Shown here in pieces: positions 29,785 to 42,355 of a stretch of DNA of 64,000 nucleotides. The position numbers were made by a program, and so were the translations under genes. Under the pieces are notes generated by a model, which did no database searches, was not told the DNA's origin, and saw nothing but the letters and a program-made list of their open reading frames with translations. Every line of letters starts with the position of its first letter. Position 1 is the stretch's first letter. The stretch comes from Seison nebaliae. Taxonomy: Eukaryota. The stretch covers positions 1-64,000 of the forward strand of contig JALJEE010002614.1 of the NCBI GenBank assembly GCA_023231475.1. Reading direction: 5' to 3'.

Positions 29785-29828
29785 CCAAAGAAAATATTTC
29801 GACCAAAGAAAATATTTCGACCAAAGAA
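29785..29828. repeat. 18-bp tandem repeat (ACCAAAGAAAATATTTCG), about 2.5 copies
   Basis: Direct reading; lies downstream of the PAL stop codon. Confidence 0.7.
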
Positions 29829-30524
29829 ATACTATCAACATTTCTTCTTTCATAGTTTAACTTTCAAATTCTTTGTGATTAAATTAATCTGATGAATAAA
29901 TGACATTTCAATATTTCTAATCACTTCTTTATTTTAATTTCTCCAAAATTCTTCAAAATTTGTAACAATATTGAATTTGAAAAATTTTTCTAACCGAAAA
30001 ATTTTAAAAGAAAATTTTGGAATGTTCAATTCGCGTTCGAATCGAATAGAATTTATGTGTAAAGAATTTAAATGTGAAACTGTTGAAGTTATTGAAGTTA
30101 ATTGTTCAGTTGGAAGTGAAAAAAGTGAAAGAGGATAAAGAGATTTTTTGACAGAAGATTTTATAGAAAAAAACAAAAAAAACTTTTAATTATAGAATGG
30201 AAAGATTTCTGATTTTTCTTTCAACTTTATTTGAAATTGGAAGAAAACGATTATTTGGGAGAGAAACCGAGAGAATTTCTTCTTTCTAAATGATTCTAAA
30301 TGAAAAAAAAAGAAAAGAAATTCAAATATTCGAATTTAGAGAATTTTCAATGATGATTCTTCTCGACACTTCTTTCCGATACATTCAAATTGAATTAATT
30401 TTAATAATTTCATTTAATTCCCACTCCGTTTCTCAGAATGGAATTTGAAGAATGGAATGAAAAGTTTCATGCGATTTCTTATCTGATGATAATACTCATA
30501 TTGATGATCGGGATTAAACGAATT

Positions 30525-32167
30525 TTAATGATTATTTGAAGGAACTGGAGATACGAGAATTAATTGTGAACCATTACTCACGATTGGTATACGATATTTT
30601 AAATGATATTGAATGAGATGACGAATACTTACAAATTCTTTATCTTTCGTTCGAATTTTCCCTTCAGGATCGACTAATAAAAGATGACGAATATCAGACT
30701 GGAATCTTCCAGAGAGAACGTATTGATCATCGATATTGGAACTATCTCTCACCAGGAAATCCCCATGATTCTGTAACAACGATTCAGCGTCATGTCGATT
30801 GATGGCACCATGGTACCAGATCTCCTTCTTTAAACTATTTCTCATTTGATGTTTATTTTCACCAGCTGATGGTTTTGGCTCATCGTTGGCAGGAAAATGA
30901 TTTCGGTTTGCTTTGAAATTATTCGAATGACTGGAACTTCCTCCATGATTATTCGATGTGGAGTGATGTGTATTATTGTTATTCTTATCTGATTTCGACG
31001 AATCATTTTGATGAGAATTTGATCGATTATTATTATTTTGATGTTGACTATGATGATGATTGAAATTACCAGAGAATTTCTTACTCGATGGAACTGACGG
31101 TGCCACATTAGATGTAGCATTGACAGATTTCTTCGATTTCGAATCTTTCACTAATTCGTTATTTCCGTTATTTGTCTTCTTTTCCTTCATGAAAACTTCG
31201 TATCGTAAATCGAACGCCGTTCCCATCATCTGGAGGATTTCGTACGCAAGATTTGGCGATTGAGCTTTGAATACGTGACAAGCACGACCTCGACGTGTAT
31301 CTTTTGCAACGTATGCCACATACTCCTCACTACCACCATTTGATGGTCCGGAAGCAAATGAGATATCTTGCATATTGTGCTCACAAATCGATTTGGATGA
31401 AGGAGAAACGATTTTGAATTTATCGGTAGAAATGACGAGCGAAGCGGATTTGGTTGACGATTCCGTCATCGGAGTATCACTAAGACATTGTTCCATCACG
31501 AAACGACTTTCGTCATCTGTCGGACTTTTCGCAGTTGACCTCCCCGCATGTAATCCACATACCCGATTTATTGCTTCTCTATAAATCGGAATATTTAAAT
31601 GGAATTTATTTTATTAATTAATTAATTTTATATTCATTTTAATAATTTTAATAATTTTATTTTTTAAAATTTAATATGGGAAATAATTGAAAACTAACTC
31701 AGCGATTAAAGTTCTGGTATTGAAATCGATTTCTCTCATTGGTCGTTCGACATAAATATATCCGATATACTGATGATGGAAATGTTAAAGTGGAAGGGAG
31801 ATTATGAATTTGATTACCAACATTTACAGTAAAGGAGACACCTTTGCTTAGCAGCGAACGATCATTATCACTTAAATCCTTCATTTTCTTACTCATATCA
31901 TCCCATGGAAGAAAGAACTAAATGATTAACATATCTGAAAGAAAGAAGACGATACGAATATTATCGATAACATAATCTAAATAAAGTATTGGGAGAGAAA
32001 AGGAAGCGACTGAGGCGCGTACGGAAAATGGTTGTCGTGATGATAATTGGAGGATGAAATAGAGATATCCTGTATGTCTACGTAAGATTTTATGCAAAAT
32101 ATACATATAATTCACTTTATTCACTTACAGAATCCAATTGAGATTTGATGAATGAAATAGGAAACAT
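30525..32167 (-). CDS. SHC: Shc-family adaptor (PTB + SH2)
   Basis: PTB: GVSFTVNYIG..DFNTRT..EAINRVC, HNMQDISFASG, YVAYVAKD..RACHV. SH2: WYHG, GDFLVRDS, RHLLLVDPEG. Two GTT introns. A putative first exon at 32167-32129 splices in frame via GTAAGT; an alternative start is at 31896. Confidence 0.9.
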
Positions 32168-35100
32168 ATCAACAAAAAGAATCATAATTAGGATAAGTTT
32201 CCACGATGAAATTCGAGAAATGGAAAGAATTAAATCGATTTTCTTCCTCACTGACAATTGGGAGGATGATTGTAGGAGTAGAACGAATACTCCCTTCGAA
32301 AGAGCTCTCGTAATATTTGGATAAGTTCGGGAGGGAAGATGAGGTAGCATAATTCCTCCCTCAATACACTTACGTTAATATCAAGTGATTATGAGGTGTC
32401 GGGTGGAAAAGAAGAAATCTTATTTCTTCCTCAAAATCATCCACATTACTTATTTATTGTTTGATGAGAAATTAATAAGAGATGTTAACACAATCAGTCA
32501 TGAATCGAAAGAAAGTTTTGGTTAAGCAATAGAAGAAAAGACTGGTTAGTTAGACAAACTAGATTGGAAAGTACATATTGATTCGGCACTATGTCAAATT
32601 ATGATCCAGTCGATGTATATTAACAATAAGTCAATAGATTTCTTCCTCTTCTTCTTCTTCTGCCATATCTCCAAATATCAATTCCAAAATTAAAAAGAAC
32701 AGTCGAATGGAAGAAGAATTTCAAGACGTAATATTATGTACGCGGTAAATGATAGATGGACATATAGTAGTTGTGTGGCGAAAACGACCGAATAAAAATT
32801 TCATTCATTACATTAACTTTCGACAATCTCTATGTCTCCTCCCCATGGAATATGTTTGAGTACAACAGATTAATAATTCCTTCCTCTCCAATAACATTAA
32901 CATGATGAAGAAAACGGAAAGTTAAAAAGAATGGTAATGTTGAACAATGTGTAAGGAATATGACGAAGAGTGAACGAACGGAATCTTGAACATTTTTCTT
33001 CTTCAATCGAATATTCTTGTTCCTTATCAACATGTGAGAGAATGTATCTGGCGTGAGAAGGCATACAACATGGGAGAACGAACGAGAGAAGGAAAACTCT
33101 TTCTCCTTTTTCTTTTTTTTTTACAATAAAATAATGAGTATTGTAATTGTTTAATGGGGGAAAACACATGAATGATAACATAAATGTAGAGGCATGCTCA
33201 CCACTCCACTCACATCCAACTTGGAAAGAGAGAGGCGAAACCTCAATTCTCCATATGGAGAGACTAATTCGCTTATAGTTGAAAAGAAATCATATCAACT
33301 GATACTCTATTCTTATTTCAAAGTCGGAGGACAAATCCTAATTCCCATCGCTACACCTCTTCCCATATTTATTCATTTTCCAAAGGAAATTGCAACAACA
33401 TTTCTAGTATTTTCTTTATTTTCCACAATTTTCGAACATCCAGAATAATTTTAGAATATTTTTCCTTATTCTCTTTTTTTCGTCAACTATTTATAAGAAG
33501 GAATCTGTAGTGGAAGTGGAAGAAATTTGAATATTATCCAATATTTTAAAAATGTCCGAAATGTTCATCGACCAAATGTCCAATCGGGAAATATTCGACG
33601 AATTGATTATGCAGAGATGGGAAGGGAAGTGATTCATAAAGAGATGTGAATAGTAAATGAGTTTCAATGAGGGTGGGAGGTGGACACTAAAATTTCCATT
33701 GAACTCATGAACAGAGAAAGAGAAATGATTTATTAATGAATTAAATGTTCAGCAATTGATGTCCGTTTTGCTACTCAATTCTCGTGAATTAACAAACGCG
33801 AATTAAGTTAAACAAACAAAAGTAAAAACTCTATGTCCATATTCAAGCGGCTATCTGTTCGTCTCTGACTTCTTCACTGAATCTTCAATAGAGACCTTAT
33901 ATGTGTAGAAATTGTTCTTCAAAGGTAAATTCCTTCATAAAGAAAAATGGTAATTTCCTCACCCACTTTTCCCATTTTGGAAAGTATTTCCTCACACTTT
34001 CTTTCTTATGGTCATACTACAATTATTACTATATTTTAGTTCGCTCAATTCAGCCAATTGAATAATGAATTGGGAAATTTTCTTTAAATTGTACCCAAAA
34101 AATTTTCAAATTTATCCGTACTCTCATTGTCAATAAGCCTATGCACGTTAAGGAAATATCACAATAGAATATTAATAAGAAATTTGTATGCACAATTCGG
34201 TTCTAGTAATTTAAATAATTTTATGGTGATTATCAGGTTTTATTTTCTTTTTAATACCTAATGACACTAAATTATTTTATCATAAATTATTTTGATAAAA
34301 AAAAGTGGAGTGAAGAGTTGTCCATTATGAGAAGGAAGTTGAAGAAATTTCCCGTTTATCATAGGATGTGGGAAAATCACCGTTTCACCGGTTTCTTAAG
34401 AAGATATTGAATGAGTGAGACATTTCCTTCTTAACTTATTGGGTTGTATTTCAATTAATATGGTCGAAAATTAATTGATCAATCTCTCCAATTTATCATC
34501 TTCGAACAACATGACAATTGGGCGACATAGCTATAAGTATCACCCACTAGGATAACATACACAATGTCTTTATACAAATTGAATGTATATTATACATTTT
34601 GTAGGATACATACTCCTCATACTTAATTCGAATATAAAAAGAAATTATTTGACATTCATCCAACACCCAAATAAGAGGACAATAGAAAAATTTCACAAAA
34701 TTTCAAATGTCAAATCTCCTCATGGCAAATTGGAGGAGAAAGAAGATAACTGATTGAATAGCTTAGATTATTATTGTCTGAAAGAGGAGAGTGAGAAACC
34801 GTTGAATGTCAACAGCATCCGGTCTGTCTCTATAATCATTTAATTAGGTCAAATTAATCTTATCTATCTCCATGATTATCCTCCACAATCCGTCAAATTA
34901 ATTAAATTAGTCATATAATAACGGAATTACTGTTCATTCAATTTACCATGAAAATATTTCTGAAGGAATGCCATTTCATCATTTGTTATAAAAGAAATAA
35001 TTCTAGATTAAAATAAACATTCTCCAATTTCGTTCAACCATTAAATAGGATTTAGACATGGGGAATGATTATAATATGAATATAACCACGAATGATGAGA

Positions 35101-35629
35101 TAAGCTTACGAAAAAATTAATCGCATTGAAATGTAAAAAAGAATTGAATAAGCTAAAGAAAAAATCTGAATTTATCACATGTTTATCAAATTCAACGTAC
35201 AATGTCGACGAAATTGAGATTTTGAGTATGAACTTTCACCATTTCGAATAGGAAGAAGATAATTTGAAAAATGAATAAAACTTATAATCGATTTACTTCA
35301 AACAATCAAAAAGTTCTTTGTGAAAATTGTTCTATTGTTGCAGTATAAATGGCTCATATTATCAAGTATTTAGACATGAATCATTCTTTTCACATTCATC
35401 GCGAACAATGGAAAGGCGGAGTGTTTGTGAAGTGAAAAAAGTTGGTAATACATTTCATCTTTTTTTCCCTTAATAACTACTTGTAACTCCTCAAATAACT
35501 CATCCATGATATATTTTCATGATAAGAATGTGAACTGTAATTTCTTAGCGATATAATTGAATTAAATCTGATAAGAAAAGTGAAATAATTTTACGTATAT
35601 TTATTAAGAGTAATATAAAGGAACCGTCT

Positions 35630-38402
35630 ATGGTATTCGATACAATTACTAAACGTTATCGATGTTTTCAAGGATATCAGAAGGACAACAAACATTTGTC
35701 AGGTGTGGGAAAACTAGTTTGTAATCTTGGCAGAGAAACGTCGAATTTTCTTGAAGTTAAACCGAGTAAAGAACGGTTAGTGGAGAAGTTTGAGACGATT
35801 GAAACTGTTTTGAAACCTGTCGTCGATTGGGGTAAAGTGGTGAAGAATAGTGAACATGTTAATAGAATAAATATCTTTTTAAAATTTTCAAATTCATTAA
35901 ATTATAGCTCATTAATGAAGTAATAAATTATCAGAATTTCGTCAAGAAACAAAGTCATGAAGTGCGCCATGCTGATTATCAAAGAGGTTATGAGGATGTC
36001 TGCAAACATATGGTTCTAAATAAGAAGAAATATATAGTTCCACTTCCTCTATTTTACTTTTTTTAAATTTAATTTTGAAGCAATTTCCAACTCGATTTCG
36101 TGATCCATTAAGATATACTCGTTTAGTTCATGAAAAGGAGAAAGAAACGATAGAATATTTAAGTTAATACATTAATATAATTTAGAAATTCTCTTATTTT
36201 CAGGTGAATTGGCATCAAAAGATTGGAAGAATCTTCCACCATTGCCATTACATACAGGAAACAAATCTAAAAGAATGAATGAATCATATATGAAATTTAG
36301 ACATCGACAGGTTATGACTTGTGCGTTGAAAAAACCGGAAAAGAAACATAAACTTTACCATCAATTCGACCATTTGAACATTCCACTCGTATTAAGTAAT
36401 TGTGACGACGTAACTATAGCTACACCATATTCTGTTGAATCCATGAGAAGTTTGAGTAAATCACAAACTAAATTCCTTTAATCCAATTCTTTCAATTCCT
36501 TCAAATATTTTCTAAATATTTTAATAAATATCTTTTATTTCTAAAAACTAATTATAGGAAAATTCCCCTGATATGGAAAATTCACCCAAAAATTTTAGAA
36601 CTATTTTAATTGATTTTTTTCTTATTTGATACCTAATAGATAGGAATTTAATTTTTTATATGGTTAGGTACAATTTTCGGTGAAGCTTCAGATAATGTGT
36701 TATGAATTAAAATTCAATATAAGTTAATATGAAAAATTATGCGAAATGGTATCGAATTTTCAATAATAATACATTAGATTCATCATAAAATATCAATTTT
36801 TACCGCAAAAAAGTTATAGAAATCACCGTTTCTATGCATTTTTCAAAATTTGACAAAATTTATAAAAAACACGAGAGATGAAAAAATTTTTTACTTTTAA
36901 TAATGCTTCATCATATGTTCGAGGCACAAACATCTATTTGTAAAACATTAGTATAAAATTTGGCATTTAAGCAAAATTTTTGAAAATTTTGAGAAGTAAA
37001 ATTTTGTGTCGTTTGCGAAGATAATTTGCTTTTCTAAAACATTTTTCCTCCGTCCCAATAAATGGTACTTTAAAATTTTACATTTCAATTAATTCGTAAA
37101 TATTTTTTATTTTTCATATTGTTAATAATTTGATTTTGAGTTTAAAGGGAAATGTTATTGGATTATAAATGAAAATTTGAATTAGAAACAAAGATAATTT
37201 CCATTCAGTTGAATTACATAGAGAATAATAAGAATCATCGAAAAATCATCGAAAATATGACACCTCGGAAGAGAGATCTAAAATATAAAATCTTAACCAA
37301 TATGATATGTCAACCGAAGGAGCATAATGAAGTTCTTTATTGCATCTTTTCAAATGTTAACAGTCAAATTTATAATTAGCGAAGTCGAAGACTATTAGCT
37401 AAATACTTGATGGATTTCAAATTCTTAGATAAGTATCGAAACATCACTCCAGTTGTAATCGATCGGCAACATTTAATTGAGAAACTTCCGAAATATCAAC
37501 CGCATATAAAAATTCCAACGCCCGCAAAATTAATGAAATCTTCTGAATTGAATATTTTGAGAAATTCGACCATTTGGTTGACGAATGTTGATGAGATATC
37601 GGAAGTTCAAATTTCAATTCCTAAAACTTTCATTTTAGAATTAATAGGACATGGAAAATATTCTTTTTCATGAAGATTTCGATTCTGTTCGTGAGAAGGA
37701 ATTGATATATTCAGATTATTGTAGATATATCGACTCGAGAAAAGAGAGAAGTATAAAAAATGGAAAAGACGCAATTGTTAATTCTAGTCGATATATTTCC
37801 GAAAATCTTATTTGTCCTTAAGTTTTTCCCTACTAAATTGTTAGATCCATGTTCTCGAGGTATAGCAACAATCGATCAAGAAAAACGTTTATCGAAAAAA
37901 TTAGGTGAAATTTGAAATTTTCAAATTCAAATTTGACAATTTCTAGAATTTTTTAGATGAATTTATCGGCTATAAATTCTACGATCCTTACCATCATGTC
38001 ACCAATTGTTATCATCGGAACAATTTGAAAGAACGAAAAATTGCCGATAAGAATCGAAAGGATTGTGAAGAAAAAATACGAAATTATTTACCACCTATCT
38101 GTACAATCGATCCGACAACTTATCCACCTTCGCCCAGGCCGACGAAGAAAGAGCCAAAACTGTTTTTGGGAAAATCAGAAAAACGTCCACAACTTCCATT
38201 ATTGATTGAACATTGTGATCCTGTCGATCCGATAATATCGGATACGAAAGTCATTTTTCCTGAACCTGAACTGATGGAGTTGAGTAGTGTTTCTGAAATA
38301 ACGTTTTCTGGTACAAGTGTGATCACACCAGTGGAAATATCGAAAGCAGAATTGGCAGCAGAAAGGAAAAGAAATATGTCGAAACATCGAAAAATACTGT
38401 AA
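35630..38402 (+). CDS. uncharacterised multi-exon protein
   Basis: The first four exons (35630 to about 36450) join in frame over GTT..AG introns. Further coding-like exons run from about 37150 to 38402. The link across the repeat-containing gap is inferred and no family is recognised. Confidence 0.55.
36560..37060. repeat. probable transposon-derived insertion in an intron
   Basis: Shares motifs with 1700-1860 and lies in an unusually long gap between exons. Confidence 0.35.
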
Positions 38403-38453
38403 ACAAAATTAAACTGTTTTCTAATAAAATTTTTTAAATAATTTAAAATTTCA

Positions 38454-38960
38454 TTATAGAACTACTAAAGCGTCAGTGATTCCTAAGAGAGTAAGTGCGT
38501 CTAAATATTCATCGAAATCTAAACTACCACTACCATCAGCGTCCACTTTCAATAGAACGGTAAGCCGTTGATCTTTCTTCGTCTTATCGCCTAACATATT
38601 AAGAATTGCATTGAAATGTTCGAATGTAATGGCACATTGTTCATTATCGTCATGTGCTAAGAAATGATTACGAAAATCGATGAGTGCTTCAGAAGTAAAA
38701 TGTGGATATGCCGCACGATATTCCTCCACATATTTCTCAATATAAAGAACTCGTTCTCGTAGTTTCGATTGGAATTCTCTTCGATTAATATATTCCTCGA
38801 AATATTGCTCAAAACAGTCATAATATTTCTTCTTCATTTCTTCTCTTAATTCGACAATGTCTTGCGATTCATGTTCTTCATCGTCATCCTTCATCATTTC
38901 ATAACATTCACCGTCATCTTCTAACGGAAAATGAAATAATCTCGTTACAGCAGTTCCCAT
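38454..38960 (-). CDS. EF-hand calcium-binding protein
   Basis: Canonical loop DADGSGSLDFDE plus a degenerate loop DDNEQCAITFEH. The N-terminus MGTAVT could be myristoylated. Confidence 0.85.
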   Translation of the reverse strand: MGTAVTRLFHFPLEDDGECYEMMKDDDEEHESQDIVELREEMKKKYYDCFEQYFEEYINRREFQSKLRERVLYIEKYVEEYRAAYPHFTSEALIDFRNHFLAHDDNEQCAITFEHFNAILNMLGDKTKKDQRLTVLLKVDADGSGSLDFDEYLDALTLLGITDALVVL

Positions 38961-39599
38961 AATTTCTCTATTATCATTGATTTTTCCTTACAACTTTTAT
39001 CAATGTGGATTTTCGAAAATATTATTTTCTATAATATGTTTTATTTCATTTAAACAATCAACGAAATTCGTTCAAATTAACGTACAGTTAAAAAATATCT
39101 TTCTAGAAGTTTCGATGGACAAAATAATTAGGAGACAAACTAAACTTTATTTGAATTATACCTATAATTGGTCACTCGAATTAATTTTAACGGAATTTGA
39201 AACATTATACATAGTACAAACTGTTGATTTCTTTCAAGGTGATTTATAATCATAAATTTTTTTATCATTTTCTATTATGAGTATCGATAAACTTATTTAA
39301 CTTCATTGGAATTGAACCGAATTTTTATTAGATGGTAAAAATAATGGTAAATAATCAGGAGAGGACCGATGGAATGGAACAGTTACTTAAGCCTATTAGT
39401 TCCATTAATATGAAGAAAAGATTTAAACGATTAATTTCGGATCGAAAATTTAGCCGATTTTCAGTTTTAGATCATTAGGAACAGTTTAATTAAATTTCAG
39501 TTATCATAATTTTTTTTCATCATTAAAATACAATTGTCTTGCCATACAATTCAAATCAAATTAAATGTCGATGTTAGAAGCATGGTAGACATTTAAAGT

Positions 39600-41426
39600 A
39601 TGACAGGTCTACTCGATCACATAGACAATTGTTTCGGGAAATGTTGTAAAGGCTGTCTCCGGAATAAAGAAAAAAATGTTACTTACAAAAATGATATAAG
39701 AAATGTGAAAGAGATAGATTGTAATTGTCCACCCGTACCTCCAATTTCCACATTGATCTCTTGGATTTTATTGTTCAGTTTTATCCTAATTTTCGGTTTA
39801 ACTGTCAATCTCGACGCTTCTACTTCAAGCGATGATGGGAAAACTAAATCGTCGTCATTATCATCAATTGCCTCCTTGTCAATCTTATTCATTATTGCGA
39901 TGGTGTTTGGTTTCATCGTTTCCAAAATCGTTCCACCTTTACTTGGTATGTTAATTGGTGGTTTCTTATTGAAAAATGCATTTCGTCAATATTTTTTTAT
40001 ATCAAATTCTCATTCATCTGTTATACGGTTTCCTTCTTCATATTTTTCCTTTTTAAAATTATTTCTTCTTGTTAGTGTCATTGCTTTAAGTGTAATTTTG
40101 GCAAGGGCCGGTTTAGGCTTAGATGGTAATGCCTTAAAAAGACTTTCGGGTGTCACTTTCCGCTTAGCATTTCTTCCTTGTATATTCGAAGCGGTAACAG
40201 CCGGATTGATGATGTATTGGTTGTTTAATTTCTCCTTCGCTTGGTCTTTCCTTACTGGGTTCAATTTTTAAAATAAATATAAATTTCTAAATAATAAATA
40301 AAAATGATAAATCAGTTTTGTTTTAGGTGCAGTTTCACCCGCCGTTGTGGTACCGTCAATGTTAGATCTACAATTAAGGAGATTGGGAACGGAAATTGGC
40401 ATACCATCAATGGTAATAGCAGCATCGTCGATGGATGATGTTGTGGCAATATCAGCTCATGGTGCCATCTTATCTTATATATTCTCATCAAATGCTTCCA
40501 TCGTCTGGAAAGTGTTATCAGCACCGATCGAAGTAATTAGTGGTGTGGTCGTTGGAATTATTATGGGAATGTTTCTCTGGATAATTCCAGGACGAATTGG
40601 AAAAGATAAAAAATCATCTTCTGGTAATGGATGGTTGGCATCATCACTCGTGTTATTTTGGTGTTTGGCGGTTACTTTTGGGAGTAAATTCATTCATTTT
40701 TCGGGTGCTGGTGCACTTGCCGTTTTGTGCACAACTTTCGTCGCATCACAACGATGGAGACGTGATGGATGGAATGAGAAGACGTCAATCGTTAGTAAAA
40801 TGTTGGCTTATATGTGGTTTTGTCTTCAACCGTTCTTATTCGGTCTTATCGGCTATGAGACGGATCTCACACAAATTTCTGGATATGACGCCAAATATGG
40901 TGTGGTGGTCATTTTAAGCGCTTTAGTCGTTCGTTTAATTATATCATTATTGGCCACTTTTCGTTCAGGTTGTAATTGGAAAGAAAGATTATTCATATCA
41001 ATCGCTTGGACACCGAAAGCGACCGTACAAGTTAATAATTTAATTTTGATGGTTTTTATGATGATTTCTTTTCAGGCTGTTATTGGACCCTTGGCATTAA
41101 TCGAAGCTAAAAATTTTGTTTTTAAAAATCAATTGGAAATGAATGGAAATTCCATGTTGAATTCTACTACTTCTTTTAATCAATCGCTTCAGACGTTCCA
41201 TAATGGAACTACTTTAAATTATGATCCGATAAAATGTGGAGAAATCGTTTTAGCCATCGCTGTTTTATCCATCTGTATTACGGCTCCGTTGGGATTGGCT
41301 GGAATCTCATTAACGTCGAGTAAATTATTAAAATCAGAAAATTTAGTTGTTGAAATGGACGAACTAGTGACGAATGAACAAACAACTAATAAATTGTTGG
41401 ACGAAGAGACGAACGGTAAAGAATAA
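39600..41426 (+). CDS. SLC9B: Na+/H+ antiporter of the NHA/SLC9B family, 4 exons
   Basis: PPLLGML, ILARAGLGLD, LGAVSPAVVVPSM, AASSMDDVVAI, QPFLFGLIG, AWTPKATVQA, ITAPLG. Introns at 40028-40075, about 40258-40314 and 41031-41075. Confidence 0.93.
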
Positions 41427-42355
41427 TAATTAAATTTTTTCTTCTGTTAACGAAAGATAATTGCATTTGTTCTTCCATTTTTCATCATAATAAATAACAA
41501 GGAATTTTATTGCAAAAGAAATTTGAGGAAAGGTTCGAAAGGCCGTAAGTGTTGATGAATTGAAGCGAAAAAAGAAGAAGATAAAGAGAATTTAGGAATT
41601 ATGTATATTTTTTTAGTCTGTTTGTTTGTTCTTCAAATAATTGATTGAGATAGAAGCGTTATTCAAATTCTTGACGAGTTTCATGAATTCGTTTGTTTGT
41701 TGTGATTGAATCGATATAATAACTGAATCACTTGAATCGTCGTATGTCTAAAATTATGAGTGTGTGTTGAGAATTGTGGAAATGAGAAATGAAATGGTAA
41801 CAAGAAAAGAAATATAACTAATTTAAGAGGAAATTGTTAGACGAAAAATAAATAATTGAGTAACGTGAATAGGAAGCATTAAACTGAAGAATGAATAGAA
41901 ATTGGAACGATTATTAATAAGCTTACGTCATCTTGTTTACATAGAATTCTTTTATTGTTCTTTTCAATAATAGTCAGTAGAAGTAATAGATTATTTTTGT
42001 AGTAGTAATTGATGATAGTTGTAGTAATAATTGATGATAGTTGTAGTAGTAGTAATAGATGATAATGGTGACCAAATGTTTGAATGGTTTGGATTGTGGG
42101 AGATTTGTGAAATAGTAGTTCATTGTGTATTTTTAGACATGACATGTTGAACACTCGAAAAAGAGTTATCAATCGAAATCTGTTGTAGAATTTATTCAAA
42201 TTTCAAATTTCAGATTTTTAATTGAATAACGATGATGTGGAAGTATTCGGTATTTGGTTGAAGAAGAAATTGTGAATTTGATCAATTTGATGAGACACCG
42301 GCTAATTGAACGTTGAATATTGGTTTATTTGAATTGTGGATGATTTCCCGTTTAC

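Noticed and set aside
29785..29828. CRISPR-like or other spaced repeat array
   Set aside because: A simple tandem duplication without spacers, in eukaryotic DNA.
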